Source of the DNA: Vulcanimicrobiota bacterium
GTDB taxonomy: Bacteria > Vulcanimicrobiota > Vulcanimicrobiia > Vulcanimicrobiales > Vulcanimicrobiaceae
Direction: 5' to 3'
DNA: 64,000 nt
Assembly: GCA_963786105.1 (NCBI GenBank)
Contig: CAWAXX010000003.1
Location: forward strand, 1 to 64,000
Under the pieces are notes generated by a model, which was not told where the DNA came from, did no database searches, and saw only the letters and a list, made by a program, of their open reading frames with translations. The position numbers and the translations under genes were made by a program. Shown piece after piece: positions 58,086 to 64,000 of the stretch. Position 1 is the first letter of the stretch; each line of letters starts with the position of its first letter.

Positions 58086-59560
58086 TGCGCTGGCCGTCGG
58101 TGGGATTGATGCCGGCAGCCGCTTTTTTATTCCTGACAGCCGCCGCCCAACCGGCGAGCCCGCCGGACCGGTCGCGGTTGCAGAACGACATCGACGCCGC
58201 ATTGGCGTCGCCAACCCTCAAGGGCGCACACGTAGGCGTGTTGGCCGTCGACGCCGACACCGGAGCCGTAGTCTACGCACGCAACGCCGACGACGACTTC
58301 GTTCCGGCCTCGACGCTCAAGCTAATTGTGGGCTCGGCAGCACTATCGCGCCTCGGCCCCGAGTATACGTTTGCAACCGACGTCGACGCCGCCGGCACGA
58401 TCGAGAGTGGAACGCTGCACGGCGACCTCTACTTACGAGGCGGCGGCGACGCCCAGCTCTCGGCCGCGGATCTCGACGCCGCTGCCGCAGCCGTGCGATC
58501 CGCCGGCGTCCGGCATGTGTCCGGGGCGTTGATCGGCGATCAAACGCGTTACGATGCGCCCCGTTATCCGCTCGGCTGGGCGATCGACGACATTCCATAC
58601 GAGTATGCGGCGGTACCCGGCGCTCTCTGCGTCGATCTGAACGTCGCGCATCTGCGCGTCGGTCCCAGCGATGCTCCGGGCGTACCGGCGATTCTTCAGT
58701 GGCTACCGGCGAGTGGCGCGTTCGCGGTCGAGAACGCCACCGTCACCGGCGCGTCCGGCAGCAGCGATGAAACCGACCTCGAACGCCCGTGGGACCGGCC
58801 GCACGCGATCCGGGTTACCGGCAGCTATCCTCTTGGCGCACCGCTCTCGGAAGATCTGGAGCCGGCGGTTCCAGATCCGGCGGCGTACGCCGTCGATCTG
58901 TTTCTGCGAGCGCTGCAAGTGCACGGCGTATCCGTCGGCGACGGCGTTCGCTTCGAAGCGACCCCACCCGGCGCGAGGGTCGTTTGGGCGCACCGTTCGA
59001 AGCCGCTGGCGCTGGTACTCCGCGACTTTTGGCCGCCGAGCCGAAATTTGATCGGCGAGCAGTTGCTCGAAGAGCTCGGAACCCAGGCCGCCCTGCACCG
59101 GATTCCCGGCGATGCGCGTGGCGCTAACACGCGCGTACGCGGGATTTCCAACGAAATTGACTGGCTGCGCTCGATCGGCGTGGACGCCACGACGTTGACG
59201 ATCGCCGACGGATCCGGCCTGTCGGCATACGATCGCGTAACACCGCGCGCACTGGTGACCGTCCTGCAATCCGATCGGAGCGGTCCACAGCGCGACAATG
59301 TCACGAACGCGCTCGCGGTAGCGGGGGTGAGCGGGACGCTGCGCTCGACGTTTTTGCAACCGCCGCTGGCCGGAGCCGTCTATGCCAAGACCGGCACCGC
59401 CAACCACGCACGCTTGCTGGCCGGCTACGCGCGCACGCTGCGCGGCGGCACCGTCACGTTCGCACTTCTGGTGAACGACTGGATGGACGCGACAGGGGGC
59501 GCGAGCGAATCCCTCGATGCGGCTCGGGCGGCCATCCTCACCGCCATCGTCACCCGGTAA
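58085..59560 (+). CDS. dacB: D-Ala-D-Ala carboxypeptidase/endopeptidase PBP4 (S13)
   Basis: PASTLK, SRN, DGSGLS, KTGT. Confidence 0.9.
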   Translation: MRWPSVGLMPAAAFLFLTAAAQPASPPDRSRLQNDIDAALASPTLKGAHVGVLAVDADTGAVVYARNADDDFVPASTLKLIVGSAALSRLGPEYTFATDVDAAGTIESGTLHGDLYLRGGGDAQLSAADLDAAAAAVRSAGVRHVSGALIGDQTRYDAPRYPLGWAIDDIPYEYAAVPGALCVDLNVAHLRVGPSDAPGVPAILQWLPASGAFAVENATVTGASGSSDETDLERPWDRPHAIRVTGSYPLGAPLSEDLEPAVPDPAAYAVDLFLRALQVHGVSVGDGVRFEATPPGARVVWAHRSKPLALVLRDFWPPSRNLIGEQLLEELGTQAALHRIPGDARGANTRVRGISNEIDWLRSIGVDATTLTIADGSGLSAYDRVTPRALVTVLQSDRSGPQRDNVTNALAVAGVSGTLRSTFLQPPLAGAVYAKTGTANHARLLAGYARTLRGGTVTFALLVNDWMDATGGASESLDAARAAILTAIVTR

Positions 59561-59597
59561 TGCATCCGGATTTCCTCGGAAGGCGTTCTTTGAGTGT

Positions 59598-60095
59598 ATG
59601 AACCCTGCCAGCACTCAAACCGCCACCTTTGCCGCCGGTTGCTTCTGGGGCGTCGAAGCCGCGTTCCGCCAGATTCCCGGCGTCGTCGACGCCGTTTCCG
59701 GCTACACCGGCGGCACGACCGAGCGTCCAACCTACCGCGAGGTATGCGGCCACCGGACCGGTCACGCCGAAGCGGTCGAAGTGAACTTCGATCCATCGCG
59801 CGTGAGTTACGAACAACTGCTCAACGCTTTCTGGGGTATTCACGATCCGACGCAACTCAATCGGCAAGGTCCGGACGTCGGCGACCAGTACCGTTCGGCA
59901 ATTTTTACCCACTCGCCCGAGCAGTTTCGCGCGGCCATCGCATCGCGCGACGCCGAACAACGCAATCATTCGCGCCCGATCGTCACGCAAATCGTCGAAG
60001 CACCGGTATTTTGGCCAGCCGAAGAGTACCATCAACGTTACGCCGAAAAAAACGGCGGCGCGGCGTGTCACGTTCCAACGGTGAAACTCGCGTGA
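59598..60095 (+). CDS. msrA: Methionine sulfoxide reductase A
   Basis: GCFWG, GHAE, QYRS, AEEYHQ. Confidence 0.95.
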   Translation: MNPASTQTATFAAGCFWGVEAAFRQIPGVVDAVSGYTGGTTERPTYREVCGHRTGHAEAVEVNFDPSRVSYEQLLNAFWGIHDPTQLNRQGPDVGDQYRSAIFTHSPEQFRAAIASRDAEQRNHSRPIVTQIVEAPVFWPAEEYHQRYAEKNGGAACHVPTVKLA

Positions 60096-60562
60096 AGCGC
60101 GGGGCGTTCGTTGCCAGTATCGCCGCGCTGGCAGTCGCCGGTCCGGCAATGCGCGTGCTCGGCGTATCGCAGGGCTACACCGTCAGCCACACCGATGCGC
60201 AGTGGCGCGCGCTGCTCGGACCGGAACGGTACGAAATTCTTCGCGAAGGCGGTACCGAACCGCCGAATTCAAGTGCGCTCATTGCCGAAACGCGACCGGG
60301 CACCTACCACTGTGCCGGATGCAATTTGACGATATTCAACTCGAAAACGAAATACGACAGCGGCGACGGCTGGCCGTCATTTTGGGACGTGCTCCCCAAT
60401 GCCATTCGCAAGCAGTCCGACTACGCGCTCATCGCCGAAAGAACCGAAGTGCACTGCCGGCAGTGCGGTAGCCATTTGGGCCACTTGTTCGACGATGGAC
60501 CGCCGCCGACGCATCTCCGCTACTGCATCGACGGTTTGGCTCTGCGGTTCGTCGCCAGCTGA
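60092..60562 (+). CDS. msrB: Methionine sulfoxide reductase B with export signal
   Basis: CAGC/CRQC Zn motifs, GWPSF, HLGHLF, RYCI; hydrophobic leader; GTGA overlap. Confidence 0.92.
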   Translation: MKRGAFVASIAALAVAGPAMRVLGVSQGYTVSHTDAQWRALLGPERYEILREGGTEPPNSSALIAETRPGTYHCAGCNLTIFNSKTKYDSGDGWPSFWDVLPNAIRKQSDYALIAERTEVHCRQCGSHLGHLFDDGPPPTHLRYCIDGLALRFVAS

Positions 60563-60665
60563 TCGAGCCCACGCTCCGTCAGCACCGCAAGCGAGGAGTC
60601 TTCAGGGCGCGGTCTAATCGGGGAATCGTGCTTCGCCTGCAGGCGACGCGATAGGGGACGGCACC

Positions 60666-61136
60666 ATGCGATTTCTACACCTCGTTGCAGTCGGGCTGGC
60701 GATGACCCTCGCCCTCAGTGCGTGCGCGAAATCGAGTTCCTCAACGAGCGCGAGCGAAACATCGAATGCCGAAGGATCGTCGGCGCCAGTCGCCGCACAA
60801 TCCGCAGCCACAAACGCCTCGCCCGGCGAGACGGCTTATACGGCTAACTGCGCGAGTTGCCACCAGGCAAACGGCAAGGGTCTCACCGGTTCGTTTCCGC
60901 CGCTCGCCGGAAACCCGGCGGTCACGGGCGATCCCACGAAACTGATTCACATCGTGAAATACGGCCTTAGCGGAAGGATTATGGTCGGCCCGGATTCGTT
61001 CAACGGCATCATGCCGCCGTGGGCATCGCAGCTCTCCGACGACGCCATCGCCGGCGTCGTCACGTACATTCGAACGTCTTGGGGAAATAAGGCCGGCGCC
61101 GTAACCGCCGCGGAAGTCGGCGCCGTTAAGAAATAG
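60666..61136 (+). CDS. Cytochrome c lipoprotein
   Basis: Lipobox LSAC; CASCH; FPPL; MPPW. Confidence 0.92.
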   Translation: MRFLHLVAVGLAMTLALSACAKSSSSTSASETSNAEGSSAPVAAQSAATNASPGETAYTANCASCHQANGKGLTGSFPPLAGNPAVTGDPTKLIHIVKYGLSGRIMVGPDSFNGIMPPWASQLSDDAIAGVVTYIRTSWGNKAGAVTAAEVGAVKK

Positions 61137-61246
61137 CGCGGGAGCGACCGCCGAGGCCTTCTCATTGGTCTTTAAGGTGAAGTACACGCAGCCCTAAGAA
61201 CCCCACCCTAGGCTTGAGAAACAGCTTTTGGGAGGAGGGGTGATTC

Positions 61247-61639
61247 ATGGCTTCCCCAATCATCGATACCTCGACTCGCGTCGCTATGTACGTCGTCTTT
61301 TTTTCCGCGCTGTTGGCTTGCAACGCCAACACGACGTCAACGACGCCAACGACTGCGCCCTCAAAGCCGAACGCAAGCTCAACCACAATAAGCGTTGACG
61401 ACTCGGGCGGTTCGCGTTTGCAGGAAGCGACCGTGACGCTGTCAAGAGCCCTCAACGGCACCGCTCCGTCAGGTACGATTATCGGGACTCAGCGCACGGG
61501 ATTCACCGGGCAGGCGGTATTCAACGGTTTACCGCCGAGCAGCCAGATTTGTGCTAGCGTTGCCGACCGCGGGTACCTCGCAAGTGGGGTGTGCCGTCAG
61601 CCCTTTCCCTCGACCATGACATTCAAGCTAAAAACGTAA
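61247..61639 (+). CDS. Hypothetical lipoprotein
   Basis: Strong SD; LLAC lipobox; resembles 16274..16672. Confidence 0.7.
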   Translation: MASPIIDTSTRVAMYVVFFSALLACNANTTSTTPTTAPSKPNASSTTISVDDSGGSRLQEATVTLSRALNGTAPSGTIIGTQRTGFTGQAVFNGLPPSSQICASVADRGYLASGVCRQPFPSTMTFKLKT

Positions 61640-61708
61640 GGCCGAGTCCGCCTCCCCGGGTTGCGCTAGTTCGGAGGCCGAAGCATGGTGCGGAGAGGAC
61701 GTTTGCTC

Positions 61709-62746
61709 ATGAAGCTTCCTTTGGGTGCCTTCGTAGTGAGTTTGCTTCTGGGGATTCAAAGCGCGGCGGGAGCGGCTTCCGGCGACGATGTCTACACGCG
61801 CCCTGGACAGATCGTGCCCGCCGCCGACGGGGCGCGTCTGAACCTCTACTGCATGGGAAGCGGCTCCGCCACGGTCGTCTTCGATTCGGGGTGGGAGGAC
61901 TGGGCGCCGGCCTGGGCTGTCGTGCAACCGCAGATCGCGAAGTGGGCGCGCGTCTGCAGCTACGACCGCGCGGGTGCGGGCTTCAGCAGCCCGGGCCCGA
62001 TGCCGCGCACCAGCGTTCGGATCGCGAGCGAGTTGCACGACGCACTCCACAACGCTGGAATCGGAGGTCCGTACATTTTGGTCGGTAACGCCTTTGGGGG
62101 CGATCCCGCGCGAACGTTCGCGGACCTCTATACGGCCGAACTCGCCGGCCTAGTGCTCGTCGAGGCCGATGCAAGCGACGTCGAGCCGAAGGCGATGCAA
62201 GAAGACGATCATCGTGGCAATGCCCGGGTCGTCGTGCAGCTTCGAACCTGCCGCGATGCCGTGGCCGAGGGGACGCCGCTCCCGCCGCTTCCTTCGCGAC
62301 CGGGGCAACCCAATCGCACTTGCGATCAGCAATTCTTTCGCGGACTCCCCGAAGCCGAGTGGTCGCCGGAGTTAAACGCAAAGCTCTTGCAGATCGCGCA
62401 AACGAAGGTCGCGATGTACGACGCTTATATTTCCGAAATGGAACAAATGGCGTGGGATGAAGCCTGGCTTCAACAGCACGTACGCTACTTGGGCTCACGT
62501 CCGGTTCGTATCATCACGACGGGCAATCATGGCGTCGGGCATTTGCCGGCGCGAAACGCACGAGACCCCAAGCACATTGAGTACGAGCATCAGATTGCGC
62601 TAGCACAGGCGCGTTGGCTCAGCCTATCGTCCAACGCCAAGCAGATATTCCCGCCTCACAGTTCCGAATACGTCGAGTTCGACGACCCAAACGCCGTGAT
62701 CGACGCCATCCACGAGGTCTACGTCAACACACCGGCGCCGTATTAG
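61709..62746 (+). CDS. Exported alpha/beta hydrolase-fold protein, catalytic residues substituted
   Basis: CSYDRAGAGFS; elbow GNAFGG; SSEYV in place of SGH. Confidence 0.85.
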   Translation: MKLPLGAFVVSLLLGIQSAAGAASGDDVYTRPGQIVPAADGARLNLYCMGSGSATVVFDSGWEDWAPAWAVVQPQIAKWARVCSYDRAGAGFSSPGPMPRTSVRIASELHDALHNAGIGGPYILVGNAFGGDPARTFADLYTAELAGLVLVEADASDVEPKAMQEDDHRGNARVVVQLRTCRDAVAEGTPLPPLPSRPGQPNRTCDQQFFRGLPEAEWSPELNAKLLQIAQTKVAMYDAYISEMEQMAWDEAWLQQHVRYLGSRPVRIITTGNHGVGHLPARNARDPKHIEYEHQIALAQARWLSLSSNAKQIFPPHSSEYVEFDDPNAVIDAIHEVYVNTPAPY

Positions 62747-62766
62747 TGTTACGCGTTGCATCGGAC

Positions 62767-62795
62767 AAAAAGCCCTTACATGAATAAGGGCTTTT
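62767..62795 (-). terminator. Hairpin 3-prime of tRNA (likely bidirectional terminator)
   Basis: aaaagccctta/taagggctttt. Confidence 0.7.
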
Positions 62796-62801
62796 ATTCA
62801 G

Positions 62802-62876
62802 TGGAGCCGACGGCCGGGATTGAACCGGCGACCTATTGTTTACGAAACAATTGCTCTACCGCTGAGCTACGTCGGC
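62802..62876 (-). tRNA. tRNA-Thr(CGT)
   Basis: GCCGACG acceptor stem, AGCTCAGCGGTAGAGC D-arm, ATTGT-TTCGTAA-ACAAT anticodon arm, GGTTCAATCC T-loop, encoded CCA. Confidence 0.96.
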
Positions 62877-63022
62877 GCTCTCGCGATTCGTGGACGGAGG
62901 ATTGCTGCCGACCCTGGTTCCGCCCCTCTCGAGGTCAAACCCTCCCCAGTGCTCATGCCTGGTGCTTTTGATGGGTTCCTGATAGCGCCCGGGCCGGGCA
63001 GCGCGGTATGATGGTCGATGCT

Positions 63023-63670
63023 ATGAAGATTGCCGCGATTATTGCCATGTTCTTCGCCGTCACCGCGCCGGCGATCGCCCTTGCGGACCAAAACGCCACC
63101 TACTCCGGGCCCACGAGCGCGTCCGAGAACGCCTTCGTCACCTCGATTCAAGCCGATTTAATGAAACGCTTTCCGACGGCGGCCGATGCCGAGAAGGCCG
63201 GCTACGTCCGGTATACCGATGAGGACGACACCGGCGCGATCAGTTATGCCAACATGCAGTGGGTTTCGACGGACGTCCGTCACCCCAGCCAGCTCTGGTA
63301 CGACAAGAACGGCCAACTGCTCGGTGCGGACTACTCGGTGCTCTACAGCGCCGGCGCGGCCCGACCCTCGCTGTGGGGCGTGAATCCCGGGCGCTGGGTC
63401 GAGTTCGACGGTCACATCCATTGGGTAGCCAAGGACCCGGCTAGCGGCAAGGTCGCCTACGATCAATGGGCGTGGGACAAGAAGTTTGCCGCCGCGGGGG
63501 GCGACCCGGATCGTCCGAGCGCGCAGACGCTGGTCGCCATGAAGAAGGTTTCCAGTACCGCGAGCGTCGTCACCATTTTCCACTTCCCCGCGATCTGGGA
63601 TTTGATCGTGTGGGTGAAGCCCAATCCGAGCGGAGCCTTCGCCGACAAGAACCCCACGGTAAAACCCTAG
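63023..63670 (+). CDS. Hypothetical secreted protein
   Basis: Signal peptide ending ALA; TATGAT 10 nt upstream; C-terminal PNPSGAFADKNP. Confidence 0.8.
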   Translation: MKIAAIIAMFFAVTAPAIALADQNATYSGPTSASENAFVTSIQADLMKRFPTAADAEKAGYVRYTDEDDTGAISYANMQWVSTDVRHPSQLWYDKNGQLLGADYSVLYSAGAARPSLWGVNPGRWVEFDGHIHWVAKDPASGKVAYDQWAWDKKFAAAGGDPDRPSAQTLVAMKKVSSTASVVTIFHFPAIWDLIVWVKPNPSGAFADKNPTVKP

Positions 63671-63677
63671 ACTCGAG

Positions 63678-63953
63678 CTACGAGCCTTCCTCGCGACCAC
63701 GCTGCACGTCGGCATCGTGAAACGTGCCGCGCTTCGCTCGTTCGTCGAGTTCCAGGTCATCGAGGAAGTAGTACACGATCTTTCGATCCGCAAAGCCGAC
63801 TTTGGCTAGCTGACGCCCGCCGACGTTGACGACTTCGTGAATGTGGCCTTCGCGCTGCGCGTACGTATAGTTGACGGCCGTGTAGTTGGGGTCGTCGGGC
63901 TTGGGATGCGGGATCGCCTTGACGCCGCGCAACGGAGTTTGGTGCCGGTGCAT
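63678..63953 (-). CDS. Hypothetical protein
   Basis: 91-aa ORF with protein-like composition. Confidence 0.65.
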   Translation of the reverse strand: MHRHQTPLRGVKAIPHPKPDDPNYTAVNYTYAQREGHIHEVVNVGGRQLAKVGFADRKIVYYFLDDLELDERAKRGTFHDADVQRGREEGS

Positions 63954-64000
63954 GCGAGCGAGGTTCGACGCCGCACGCTGCGAAGCATGGCGTATGTTCA

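Noticed and set aside
61140..62801. Genomic island integrated at tRNA-Thr
   Set aside because: No integrase and no duplicate of the tRNA 3-prime end seen in the window

Overview
High-GC, densely coding bacterial chromosomal segment. The gene content (four lipoprotein phospholipase-C/phosphoesterase paralogs, an S53 lipoprotein, a wHTH-TPR regulator, a TonB receptor with a carboxypeptidase-like N-domain) is reminiscent of Candidatus Eremiobacterota (inference, unverified). Contents: cysK-asparaginase II-metH operon, ATP-dependent DNA ligase, a PaaX-linked aromatic-CoA catabolic cluster around a short BoxB-like diiron protein, a 52% Lys/Arg repetitive histone/protamine-like gene, an ABC-2 transporter split by a 9.4-kb plastic zone with three gene remnants, hemL, HiPIP, DUF1858-Mrp fusion, FolK-MptA/FolE2 fusion, SOD, cfa, manA, dacB, msrA/msrB, cytochrome c and tRNA-Thr(CGT). 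No CRISPR, rRNA, integrase or transposase was seen. Best leads: (1) a dispersed ~100-nt rod-like palindromic element in two copies whose 67-nt core is conserved while the outer stem is replaced but still pairs; (2) the BoxB-like/PaaX hybrid pathway; (3) the protamine-like protein; (4) unusual fusions (FolK-MptA, DUF1858-Mrp lacking its CxxC, GIY-YIG-cyclophilin); (5) a 16-codon ORF coupled to a wHTH-TPR regulator; (6) Tat-like signals lacking the second Arg. All calls are by eye from motifs; no database searches were run, and many start codons were re-chosen relative to the ORF track.
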